NCBI RefSeq assembly: GCF_009914755.1
Contig: NC_060929.1
Reading direction: 5' to 3' (one strand)
Source of the DNA: the human T2T-CHM13v2.0 reference genome, Homo sapiens
DNA length: 64,000 nucleotides
Shown: positions 1 to 12,500 of the stretch, piece by piece
How positions within the stretch are numbered: position 1 is the stretch's first letter
Layout: each line of letters begins with the position of its first letter
Position numbers and translations under genes: made by a program
The notes under the pieces: generated by a model
What the model was told of the DNA's origin: nothing
Databases searched by the model: none
Seen by the model: the letters and a program-made list of their open reading frames with translations, nothing else

Positions 1-42
1 GTTTGTAAAGTCTGCACGTGGATAATTTGACCACTTAGAGGC

Positions 43-59
43 CTTCGTTGGAAACGGGT
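43..59 (+). promoter_or_regulatory. CENP-B box (first of ~188 box positions, one per 340-bp dimer)
   Basis: cttcgttggaaacgggt matches the nTTCGnnnnAnnCGGGn core. It recurs at 383, 723 and onward to ~63901. P/Q/T dimers end in ...cgggtttttttca; R/S dimers usually end in ...cgggatttcttca. Confidence 0.95.
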
Positions 60-210
60 TTTTTTCATGTAAGGCTAGACAGAAGAATTCTCAGTAACTT
101 CCTTGTGTTGTGTGTATTCAACTCACAGAGTTGAACGATCCTTTACACAGAGCAGACTTGTAACACTCTTTTTGTGGAATTTGCAAGTGGAGATTTCAGC
201 CGCTTTGAAG

Positions 211-228
211 TCAAAGGTAGAAAAGGAA
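211..228 (+). promoter_or_regulatory. pJalpha-type (A-box) motif of the A/J1 monomer; first example, recurring every dimer
   Basis: tcaaaggtagaaaaggaa occupies the position homologous to the CENP-B box in the alternate monomer, which is the established A/B monomer distinction. Confidence 0.7.
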
Positions 229-2123
229 ATATCTTCCTATAAAAACTAGACAGAATGATTCTCAGAAACTCCTTTGTGATGTGTGCGTTCAACTCACAGA
301 GTTTAACCTTTCTTTTCATAGAGGAGTTAGGAAACACTCTGTTTGTAAAGTCTGCAAGTGGATATTCAGACCTCTTTGAGGCCTTCGTTGGAAACGGGTT
401 TTTTTCATATAAGGCTAGACAGAAGAATTCCCAGTAACTTCCTTGTGTTGTGTGTGTTCAACTCACAGAGTTGAACTTTCATTTACACAGAGCAGATTTG
501 AAACACTCTTTTTGTGGAATTTGCAAGTGGAGATTTCAAGCGCTTTGAGGCCAAAGGCAGAAAAGGAAATATCTTCGTATAAAAACTAGACAGAATCATT
601 CTCAGAAACTGCTCTGTGATGTGTGCGTTCAACTCTCAGAGTTTAACTTTTCTTTTCATTCAGCAGTTTGGAAACACTCTGTTTGTAAAGTCTGCACGTG
701 GATAATTTGACCACTTAGAGGCCTTCGTTGGAAACGGGTTTTTTTCATGTAAGGCTAGACAGAAGAGTTCTCAGTAACTTCCTTGTGTTGTGTGTATTCA
801 ACTCACACAGTTGAACGATCCTTTACAAAGAGCAGACTTGTAACACTCTTTTTGTGGAATTTGCAAGTGGAGATTTCAGCCGCTTTGAAGTCAAAGTAGA
901 AAAGGAAATATCTTCCTATAAAAACTAGACAGAATGATTCTCAGAAACTCCTTTGTGATGTGTGCGTTCAACTCACAGAGTTTAACCTTTCTTTTCATAG
1001 AGCAGTTAGGAAACACTCTGTTTGTAAAGTCTGCAAGTGGATATTCAGACCTCTTTGAGGCCTTCGTTGGAAACGGGTTTTTTTCATATAAGGCTAGACA
1101 GAAGAATTCCCAGTAACTTCCTTGTGTTGTGTGTGTTCAACTCACAGAGTTGAACTTTCATTTACACAGAGCAGATTTGAAACACTCTTTTTGTGGAATT
1201 TGCAGGTGGAGATTTCAAGCGCTTTGAGGCCAAAGGCAGAAAAGGAAATATCTTCGTATAAAAACTAGACAGAATCATTCTCAGAAACTGCTCTGCGATG
1301 TGTGCATTCAACTCTCAGAGTTTAACTTTTCTTTTCATTCAGCAGTTTGGAAACACTCTGTTTGTAAAGTCTGCACGTGGATAATTTGACCACTTAGAGG
1401 CCTTCGTTGGAAACGGGTTTTTTTCATGTAAGGCTAGACAGAAGAATTCTCAGTAACTTCCTTGTGTTGTGTGTATTCAACTCACAGAGTTGAACGATCC
1501 TTTACACAGAGCAGACTTGTAACACTCTTTTTGTGGAATTTGCAAGTGGAGATTTCAGCCGCTTTGAAGTCAAAGGTAGAAAAGGAAATATCTTCCTATA
1601 AAAACTAGACAGAATGATTCTCAGAAACTCCTTTGTGATGTGTGAATTCAACTCACAGAGTTTAAACTTTCTTTTCATAGAGCAGTTAGGAAACACTCTG
1701 CTTGTAAAGTCTGCAAGTGGATATTCAGCCCTCTTTGAGGCCTTCGTTGGAAACGGGTTTTTTTCATATAAGGCTAGACAGAAGAATTCCCAGTAACTTC
1801 CTTGTGTTGTGTGTGTTCAACTCACAGAGTTGAACTTTGATTTACACAGAGCAGATTTGAAACACTCTTTTTGTGGAATTTGCAAGTGGAGATTTCAAGC
1901 GCTTTGAGGCCAAAGGCAGAAAAGGAAATATCTTCGTATAAAAACTAGACAGAATCATTCTCAGAAACTGCTCTGCGATGTGTGCGTTCAACTCTCAGAG
2001 TTTAACTTTTCTTTTCATTCAGCAGTTTGGAAACACTCTGTTTGTAAAGTCTGCACGTGGATATTTTGACCACTTAGAGGCCTTCGTTGGAAACGGGTTT
2101 TTTTCCTGTAAGGCTAGACAGAA

Positions 2124-5100
2124 GAATTCCCAGTAACTTCCTTGTGTTGTGTACATTCAACTCACAGAGTTGAACGTTCCCTTAGACAGAGCCGATTTGA
2201 AACACTCTTTTTGTGCAATTGGCAAGTGGAGATTTCAAGCGCTTTAAGGTCAATGGCAGAAAAGGAAATATCTTCGTTTCAAAACTAGACAGAATCATTC
2301 CCACAAACTGCGTTGTGATGTGTTCGTTCATCTCACAGAGTTTAACCTATCTTTTCATAGAGCAGTTAGGAAACACTCTGTTTGTAAATTCTGTAAGTGG
2401 ATATTCTGACATCTTGTGGCCTTCGTTGGAAACGGGATTTCTTCATATTCTGCTAGACAGAAGAATTCTCAGAATCTTCCTTGTGTTGTGTGTATTCAAC
2501 TCACACAGTTGAACGATGGTTTACACAGAGCAGATTTGAAACACTCTTTTTGTGGAATTTGCAAGTGGAGATTTCAGCCGCTTTGAGGTCAATGGTAGAA
2601 AAGGAAATATCTTCGTATAAAAACTAGACAGAATGATTCTCAGAAACTTCTTTGTGATGTGTGCGTTCAACTCACAGAGTTTAACCTTTCTTTTCATAGA
2701 GCAGTTAGGAAACACTCTGTTTGTAAACTCTGCAAGTGGATATTCAGACCTCTTTGAGGCCTTCGTTGGAAACGGGATTTCTTCATACTGTGCTAGACAG
2801 AAGAATTCTCAGTAACTTCCTTGTGTTGTGTGTATTCAACTCACAGAGTTGAACGATCCTTTACACAGAGCAGACTTGAAACACTCTTTTTGTGGAATTT
2901 GCAAGTGGAGATTTCAGCCGCGTTGAGGTCAATGGTAGAAAAGGAAATATCTTCGTATAAAAACTAGACAGAATGATTCTCAGAAACTCCTTTGAGATGT
3001 GTGTGTTCAACTCACAGAGTTTAACCTTTCTTTTCATAGAGCAGTTAGGAATCACTCTGTTTGTAAAGTCTGCAAGTGGATATTCAGACCTCTTTGAGGC
3101 CTTCGTTGGAAACGGGTTTTTTTCATATAAGGCTAGACAGAAGAATTCCCAGTAACTTCCTTGTGTTGTGTGTGTTCAACTCACAGAGTTGAACTTTCAT
3201 TTACACAGAGCAGATTTGAAACACTCTTTTTGTGGAATTTGCAAATGGAGATTTCAAGCGCTTTGAGGCCAAAGGCAGAAAAGGAAATATCTTCGTATAA
3301 AAACTAGACAGAATCATTCTCAGAAACTGCTCTGCGATGTGTGCGTACAACTCTCAGAGTTTAACTTTTCTTTTCATTCAGCAGTTTGGAAACACTCTGT
3401 TTGTAAAGTCTGCACGTGGATAATTTGACCACTTAGAGGCCTTCGTTGGAAACGGGTTTTTTTCATGTAAGGCTAGACAGAAGAATTCTCAGTAACTTCC
3501 TTGTGTTGTGTGTATTCAACTCACACAGTTGAACGATCCTTTACACAGAGCAGACTTGTAACACTCTTTTTGTGGAATTTGCAAGTGGAGATTTCAGCCG
3601 CTTTGAAGTCAAAGTAGAAAAGGAAATATCTTCCTATAAAAACTAGACAGAATGATTCTCAGAAACTCCTTTGTGATGTGTGCGTTCAACTCACAGAGTT
3701 TAACCTTTCTTTTCATAGAGCAGTTAGGAAACACTCTGTTTCTAAAGTCTGCAAGTGGATATTCAGACCTCTTTGAGGCCTTCGTTGGAAACGGGTTTTT
3801 TTCATATAAGGCTAGACAGAAGAATTCCCAGTAACTTCCTTGTGTTGTGTGTGTTCAACTCACAGAGTTGAACTTTCATTTACACAGAGCAGATTTGAAA
3901 CACTCTTTTTGTGGAATTTGCAAGTGGAGATTTCAAGCGCTTTGAGGCCAAAGGCAGAAAAGGAAATATCTTCGTATAAAAACTAGACAGAATCATTCTC
4001 AGAAACTGCTCTGTGATGTGTGCGTTCAACTCTCAGAGTTTAACTTTTCTTTTCATTCAGCAGTTTGGAAACACTCTGTTTGTAAAGTCTGCACGTGGAT
4101 AATTTGACCACTTAGAGGCCTTCGTTGGAAACGGGTTTTTTTCATGTAAGGCTAGACAGAAGAGTTCTCAGTAACTTCCTTGTGTTGTGTGTATTCAACT
4201 CACACAGTTGAACGATCCTTTACACAGAGCAGACTTGTAACACTCTTTTTGTGGAATTTGCAAGTGGAGATTTCAGCCGCTTTGAAGTCAAAGTAGAAAA
4301 GGAAATATCTTCCTATAAAAACTAGACAGAATGATTCTCAGAAACTCCTTTGTGATGTGTGCGTTCAACTCACAGAGTTTAACCTTTCTTTTCATAGAGC
4401 AGTTAGGAAACACTCTGTTTGTAAAGTCTGCAAGTGGATATTCAGACCTCTTTGAGGCCTTCGTTGGAAACGGGATTTCTTCATACTGTGCTAGACAGAA
4501 GAAATCTCAGTAACTTCCTTGTGTTGTGTGTATTCAACTCACAGAGTTGAACGATCCTTTACACAGAGCAGACTTGAAACACTCTTTTTGTGGAATTTGC
4601 AAGTGGAGATTTCAGCCGCGTTGAGGTCAATGGTAGAAAAGGAAATATCTTCGTATAAAAACTAGACAGAATGATTCTCAGAAACTCCTTTGAGATGTGT
4701 GTGTTCAACTCACAGAGTTTAACCTTTCTTTTCATAGAGCAGTTAGGAATCACTCTGTTTGTAAAGTCTGCAGGTGGATATTCAGACCTCTTTGAGGCCT
4801 TCGTTGGAAACGGGTTTTTTTCATATAAGGCTAGAGAGAAAAATTCCCAGTAACTTCCTTGTGTTGTGTGTGTTCAACTCACAGAGTTGAACTTTCATTT
4901 ACACAGAGCAGATTTGAAACACTCTTTTTGTGGAATTTGCAAGTGGAGATTTCAAGCGCTGTGAAGCCAAAGGCAGAAAAGGAAATATCTTCGTATAAAA
5001 ACTAGACAGAATCATTCTCAGAAACTGCTCTGCGATGTGTGCGTTCAACTCTCAGAGTTTAACTTTTCTTTTCATTCAGCAGTTTGGAAACACTCTGTTT

Positions 5101-6539
5101 GTAAAGTCTGCACGTGGATAATTTGACCACTTAGAGGCCTTCGTTGGAAACGGGTTTTTTTCATGTAAGGCTAGACAGAAGAATTCTCAGTAACTTCCTT
5201 GTGTTGTGTGTATTCAACTCACACGGTTGAACGATCCTTTACACAGAGCAGACTTGTAACACTCTTTTTGTGGAATTTGCAAGTGGAGATTTCAGCCGCT
5301 TTGAAGTCAAAGGTAGAAAAGGAAATATCTTCCTATAAAAACTAGACAGAATGATTCTCAGAAACTCCTTTGTGATGTGTGCGTTCAACTCACAGAGTTT
5401 AACCTTTCTTTTCATAGAGCAGTTAGGAAACACTCTGTTTGTAAAGTCTGCAAGTGGATATTCAGACCTCTTTGAGGCCTTCGTTGGAAACGGGTTTTTG
5501 TCATATAAGGCTAGACAGAAGAATTCCCAGTAACTTCCTTGTGTTGTGTGTGTTCAACTCACAGAGTTGAACTTTCATTTACACAGAGCAGATTTGAAAC
5601 ACTCTTTTTGTGGAATTTGCAAGTGGAGATTTCAAGCGCTTTGAGGCCAAAGGCAGAAAAGGAAATATCTTCGTATAAAAACTAGACAGAATCATTCTCA
5701 GAAACTGCTCTGTGATGTGTGCGTTCAACTCTCAGAGTTTAACTTTTCTTTTCATTCAGCAGTTTGGAAACACTCTGTTTGTAAAGTCTGCACGTGGATA
5801 ATTTAACCACTTAGAGGCCTTCGTTGGAAACGGGTTTTTTTCATGTAAGGCTAGACAGAAGAGTTCTCAGTAACTTCCTTGTGTTGTGTGTATTCAACTC
5901 ACACAGTTGAACGATCCTTTACACAGAGCAGACTTGTAACACTCTTTTTGTGGAATTTGCAAGTGGAGATTTCAGCCGCTTTGAAGTCAAAGTAGAAAAG
6001 GAAATATCTTCCTATAAAAACTAGACAGAATGATTCTCAGAAACTCCTTTGTGATGTGTGCGTTCAACTCACAGAGTTTAACCTTTCTTTTCATAGAGCA
6101 GTTAGGAAACACTCTGTTTGTAAAGTCTGCAAGTGGATATTCAGACCTCTTTGAGGCCTTCGTTGGAAACGGGTTTTTTTCATATAAGGCTAGACAGAAG
6201 AATTCCCAGTAACTTCCTTGTGTTGTGTGTGTTCAACTCACAGAGTTGAACTTTCATTTACACAGAGCAGATTTGAAACACTCTTTTTGTGGAATTTGCA
6301 GGTGGAGATTTCAAGCGCTTTGAGGCCAAAGGCAGAAAAGGAAATATCTTCGTATAAAAACTAGACAGAATCATTCTCAGAAACTGCTCTGCGATGTGTG
6401 CGTTCAAGTCTCAGAGTTTAACTTTTCTTTTCATTCAGCAGTTTGGAAACACTCTGTTTGTAAAGTCTGCACGTGGATAATTTGACCACTTAGAGGCCTT
6501 CGTTGGAAACGGGTTTTTTTCATGTAAGGCTAGACAGAA
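2124..6539 (+). repeat. 26-monomer HOR variant: R-S-T-Q-P'-Q-(P'/S hybrid)-T-Q-P-Q-P'-Q
   Basis: R dimers start at 2124 and 6540 (4416 bp = 13 dimers). Contains a hybrid dimer near 4160-4500 and two T dimers. Confidence 0.8.
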
Positions 6540-9500
6540 GAATTCCCAGTAACTTCCTTGTGTTGTGTACATTCAACTCACAGAGTTGAACGTTCCCTTT
6601 GACAGAGCAGATTTGAAACACTCTTTTTGTGCAATTGGCAAGTGGAGATTTCAAGCGCTTTAAGGTCAATGGCAGAAAAGGAAATATCTTCGTTTCAAAA
6701 CTAGACAGAATCATTCCCACAAACTGCGTTGTGATGTGTTCGTTCATCTCACAGAGTTTAACCTTTCTTTTCATAGAGCAGTTAGGAAACAGTCTGTTTG
6801 TAAATTCTGTAAGTGGATAATTTGACATCTTGTGGCCTTCGTTGGAAACGGGATTTCTTCATATTCTGCTAGACAGAAGAATTCTCAGAATCTTCCTTGT
6901 GTTGTGTGTATTCAACTCACAGAGTTGAACGATCCTTTACACAGAGCAGATTTGAAACACTCTTTTTGTGGAATTTGCAAGTGGAGATTTCAGCCGCTTT
7001 GAGGTCAATGGTAGAAAAGGAAATATCTTCGTATAAAAACTAGACAGAATGATTCTCAGAAACTTCTTTGTGATGTGTGCGTTCAACTCACAGAGTTTAA
7101 CCTTTCTTTTCATAGAGCAGTTAGGAAACACTCTGTTTGTAAACTCTGCAAGTGGATATTCAGACCTCTTTGAGGCCTTCGTTGGAAACGGGATTTCTTC
7201 ATACTGTGCTAGACAGAAGAATTCTCAGTAACTTCCTTGTGTTGTGTGTATTCAACTCACAGAGTTGAACGATCCTTTACACAGAGCAGACTTGAAACAC
7301 TCTTTTTGTGGAATTTGCAAGTGGAGATTTCAGCCGCGTTGAGGTCAATGGTAGAAAAGGAAATATCTTCGTATAAAAACTAGACAGAATGATTCTCAGA
7401 AACTCCTTTGAGATGTGTGTGTTCAACTCACAGAGTTTAACCTTTCTTTTCATAGAGCAGTTAGGAATCACTCTGTTTGTAAAGTCTGCAAGTGGATATT
7501 CAGACCTCTTTGAGGCCTTCGTTGGAAACGGGTTTTTTTCATATAAGGCTAGACAGAAGAATTCCCAGTAACTTCCTTGTGTTGTGTGTGTTCAACTCAC
7601 AGAGTTGAACTTTCATTTACACAGAGCAGATTTGAAACACTCTTTTTGTGGAATTTGCAAATGGAGATTTCAAGCGCTTTGAGGCCAAAGGCAGAAAAGG
7701 AAATATCTTCGTATAAAAACTAGACAGAATCATTCTCAGAAACTGCTCTGCGATGTGTGCGTTCAACTCTCAGAGTTTAACTTTGCTTTTCATTCAGCAG
7801 TTTGGAAACACTCTGTTTGTAAAGTCTGCACGTGGATAATTTGACCACTTAGAGGCCTTCGTTGGAAACGGGTTTTTTTCATGTAAGGCTAGACAGAAGA
7901 ATTCTCAGTAACTTCCTTGTGTTGTGTGTATTCAACTCACACAGTTGAACGATCCTTTACACAGAGCAGACTTGTAACACTCTTTTTGTGGAATTTGCAA
8001 GTGGAGATTTCAGCCGCTTTGAAGTCAAAGTAGAAAAGGAAATATCTTCCTATAAAAACTAGACAGAATGATTCTCAGAAACTCCTTTGTGATGTGTGCG
8101 TTCAACTCACAGAGTTTAACCTTTCTTTTCATAGAGCAGTTAGGAAACACTCTGTTTCTAAAGTCTGCAAGTGGATATTCAGACCTCTTTGAGGCCTTCG
8201 TTGGAAACGGGTTTTTTTCATATAAGGCTAGACAGAAGAATTCCCAGTAACTTCCTTGTGTTGTGTGTGTTCAACTCACAGAGTTGAACTTTCATTTACA
8301 CAGAGCAGATTTGAAACACTCTTTTTGTGGAATTTGCAAGTGGAGATTTCAAGCGCTTTGAGGCCAAAGGCAGAAAAGGAAATATCTTCGTATAAAAACT
8401 AGACAGAATCATTCTCAGAAACTGCTCTGTGATGTGTGCGTTCAACTCTCAGAGTTTAACTTTTCTTTTCATTCAGCAGTTTGGAAACACTCTGTTTGTA
8501 AAGTCTGCACGTGGATAATTTGACCACTTAGAGGCCTTCGTTGGAAACGGGTTTTTTTCATGTAAGGCTAGACAGAAGAGTTCTCAGTAACTTCCTTGTG
8601 TTGTGTGTATTCAACTCACACAGTTGAACGATCCTTTACACAGAGCAGACTTGTAACACTCTTTTTGTGGAATTTGCAAGTGGAGATATCAGCCGCTTTG
8701 AAGTCAAAGTAGAAAAGGAAATATCTTCCTATAAAAACTAGACAGAATGATTCTCAGAAACTCCTTTGTGATGTGTGCGTTCAACTCACAGAGTTTAACC
8801 TTTCTTTTCATAGAGCAGTTAGGAAACACTCTGTTTCTAAAGTCTGCAAGTGGATATTCAGACCTCTTTGAGGCCTTCGTTGGAAACGGGTTTTTTTCAT
8901 ATAAGGCTAGACAGAAGAATTCCCAGTAACTTCCTTGTGTTGTGTGTGTTCAACTCACAGAGTTGAACTTTCATTTACACAGAGCAGATTTGAAACACTC
9001 TTTTTGTGGAATTTGCAGGTGGAGATTTCAAGCGCTTTGAGGCCAAAGGCAGAAAAGGAAATATCTTCGTATAAAAACTAGACAGAATCATTCTCAGAAA
9101 CTGCTCTGCGATGTGTGCGTTCAACTCTCAGAGTTTAACTTTTCTTTTCATTCAGCAGTTTGGAAACACTCTGTTTGTAAAGTCTGCACGTGGATAATTT
9201 GACCACTTAGAGGCCTTCGTTGGAAACGGGTTTTTTTCATGTAAGGCTAGACAGAAGAATTCTCAGTAACTTCCTTGTGTTGTGTGTATTCAACTCACAG
9301 AGTTGAACGATCCTTTACACAGAGCAGACTTGTAACACTCTTTTTGTGGAATTTGCAAGTGGAGATTTCAGCCGCTTTGAAGTCAAAGGTAGAAAAGGAA
9401 ATATCTTCCTATAAAAACTAGACAGAATGATTCTCAGAAACTCCTTTGTGATGTGTGCGTTCAACTCACAGAGTTTAACCTTTCTTTTCATAGAGCAGTT

Positions 9501-12500
9501 AGGAAACACTCTGCTTGTAAAGTCTGCAAGTGGATATTCAGCCCTCTTTGAGGCCTTCGTTGGAAACGGGTTTTTTTCATATAAGGCTAGACAGAAGAAT
9601 TCCCAGTAACTTCCTTGTGTTGTGTGTGTTCAACTCACAGAGTTGAACTTTGATTTACACAGAGCAGATTTGAAACACTCTTTTTGTGGAATTTGCAAGT
9701 GGAGATTTCAAGCGCTTTGAGGCCAAAGGCAGAAAAGGAAATATCTTCGTATAAAAACTAGACAGAATCATTCTCAGAAACTGCTCTGCGATGTGTGCGT
9801 TCAACTCTCAGAGTTTAACTTTTCTTTTCATTCAGCAGTTTGGAAACACTCTGTTTGTAAAGTCTGCACGTGGATATTTTGACCACTTAGAGGCCTTCGT
9901 TGGAAACGGGTTTTTTTCCTGTAAGGCTAGACAGAAGAATTCCCAGTAACTTCCTTGTGTTGTGTACATTCAACTCACAGAGTTGAACGTTCCCTTAGAC
10001 AGAGCAGATTTGAAACACTCTTTTTGTGCAATTGGCAAGTGGAGATTTCAAGCGCTTTAAGGTCAATGGCAGAAAAGGAAATATCTTCGTTTCAAAACTA
10101 GACAGAATCATTCCCACAAACTGCGTTGTGATGTGTTCGTTCATCTCACAGAGTTTAACCTTTCTTTTCATAGAGCAGTTAGGAAACACTCTGTTTGTAA
10201 ATTCTGTAAGTGGATATTCTGACATCTTGTGGCCTTCGTTGGAAACGGGATTTCTTCATATTCTGCTAGACAGAAGAATTCTCAGAATCTTCCTTGTGTT
10301 GTGTGTATTCAACTCACACAGTTGAACGATGGTTTACACAGAGCAGATTTGAAACACTCTTTTTGTGGAATTTGCAAGTGGAGATTTCAGCCGCTTTGAG
10401 GTCAATGGTAGAAAAGGAAATATCTTCGTATAAAAACTAGACAGAATGATTCTCAGAAACTTCTTTGTGATGTGTGCGTTCAACTCACAGAGTTTAACCT
10501 TTCTTTTCATAGAGCAGTTAGGAAACACTCTGTTTGTAAACTCTGCAAGTGGATATTCAGACCTCTTTGAGGCCTTCGTTGGAAACGGGATTTCTTCATA
10601 CTGTGCTAGACAGAAGAATTCTCAGTAACTTCCTTGTGTTGTGTGTATTCAACTCACAGAGTTGAACGATCCTTTACACAGAGCAGACTTGAAACACTCT
10701 TTTTGTGGAATTTGCAAGTGGAGATTTCAGCCGCGTTGAGGTCAATGGTAGAAAAGGAAATATCTTCGTATAAAAACTAGACAGAATGATTCTCAGAAAC
10801 TCCTTTGAGATGTGTGTGTTCAACTCACAGAGTTTAACCTTTCTTTTCATAGAGCAGTTAGGAATCACTCTGTTTGTAAAGTCTGCAAGTGGATATTCAG
10901 ACCTCTTTGAGGCCTTCGTTGGAAACGGGTTTTTTTCATATAAGGCTAGACAGAAGAATTCCCAGTAACTTCCTTGTGTTGTGTGTGTTCAACTCACAGA
11001 GTTGAACTTTCATTTACACAGAGCAGATTTGAAACACTCTTTTTGTGGAATTTGCAAATGGAGATTTCAAGCGCTTTGAGGCCAAAGGCAGAAAAGGAAA
11101 TATCTTCGTATAAAAACTAGACAGAATCATTCTCAGAAACTGCTCTGCGATGTGTGCGTTCAACTCTCAGAGTTTAACTTTGCTTTTCATTCAGCAGTTT
11201 GGAAACACTCTGTTTGTAAAGTCTGCACGTGGATAATTTGACCACTTAGAGGCCTTCGTTGGAAACGGGTTTTTTTCATGTAAGGCTAGACAGAAGAATT
11301 CTCAGTAACTTCCTTGTGTTGTGTGTATTCAACTCACAGAGTTGAACGATCCTTTACACAGAGCAGACTTGTAACACTCTTTTTGTGGAATTTGCAAGTG
11401 GAGATTTCAGCCGCTTTGAAGTCAAAGGTAGAAAAGGAAATATCTTCCTATAAAAACTAGACAGAATGATTCTCAGAAACTCCTTTGTGATGTGTGCGTT
11501 CAACTCACAGAGTTTAACCTTTCTTTTCATAGAGCAGTTAGGAAACACTCTGTTTGTAAAGTCTGCAAGTGGATATTCAGACCTCTTTGAGGCCTTCGTT
11601 GGAAACGGGTTTTTTTCATATAAGGCTAGACAGAAGAATTCCCAGTAACTTCCTTGTGTTGTGTGTGTTCAACTCACAGAGTTGAACTTTCATTTACACA
11701 GAGCAGATTTGAAACACTCTTTTTGAGGAATTTGCAGGTGGAGATTTCAAGCGCTTTGAGGCCAAAGGCAGAAAAGGAAATATCTTCGTATAAAAACTAG
11801 ACAGAATCATTCTCAGAAACTGCTCTGTGATGTGTGCGTTCAACTCTCAGAGTTTAACTTTTCTTTTCATTCAGCAGTTTGGAAACACTCTGTTTGTAAA
11901 GTCTGCACGTGGATAATTTGACCACTTAGAGGCCTTCGTTGGAAACGGGTTTTTTTCATGTAAGGCTAGACAGAAGAGTTCTCAGTAACTTCCTTGTGTT
12001 GTGTGTATTCAACTCACACAGTTGAACGATCCTTTACACAGAGCAGACTTGTAACACTCTTTTTGTGGAATTTGCAAGTGGAGATTTCAGCCGCTTTGAA
12101 GTCAAAGTAGAAAAGGAAATATCTTCCTATAAAAACTAGACAGAATGATTCTCAGAAACTCCTTTGTGATGTGTGCGTTCAACTCACAGAGTTTAACATT
12201 TCTTTTCATAGAGCAGTTAGGAAACAATCTGTTTGTAAAGTCTGCAAGTGGATATTCAGACCTCTTTGAGGCCTTCGTTGGAAACGGGTTTTTTTCATAT
12301 AAGGCTAGACAGAAGAATTCCCAGTAACTTCCTTGTGTTGTGTGTGTTCAACTCACAGAGTTGAACTTTCATTTACACAGAGCAGATTTGAAACACTCTT
12401 TTTGTGGAATTTGCAGGTGGAGATTTCAAGCGCTTTGAGGCCAAAGGCAGAAAAGGAAATATCTTCGTATAAAAACTAGACAGAATCATTCTCAGAAACT

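Noticed and set aside
34-41. E-box (cacgtg) in Q dimers and short palindromes such as aagcgctt and gaggcctt
   Set aside because: These short motifs are amplified passively with the repeat, and nothing in the sequence indicates function.
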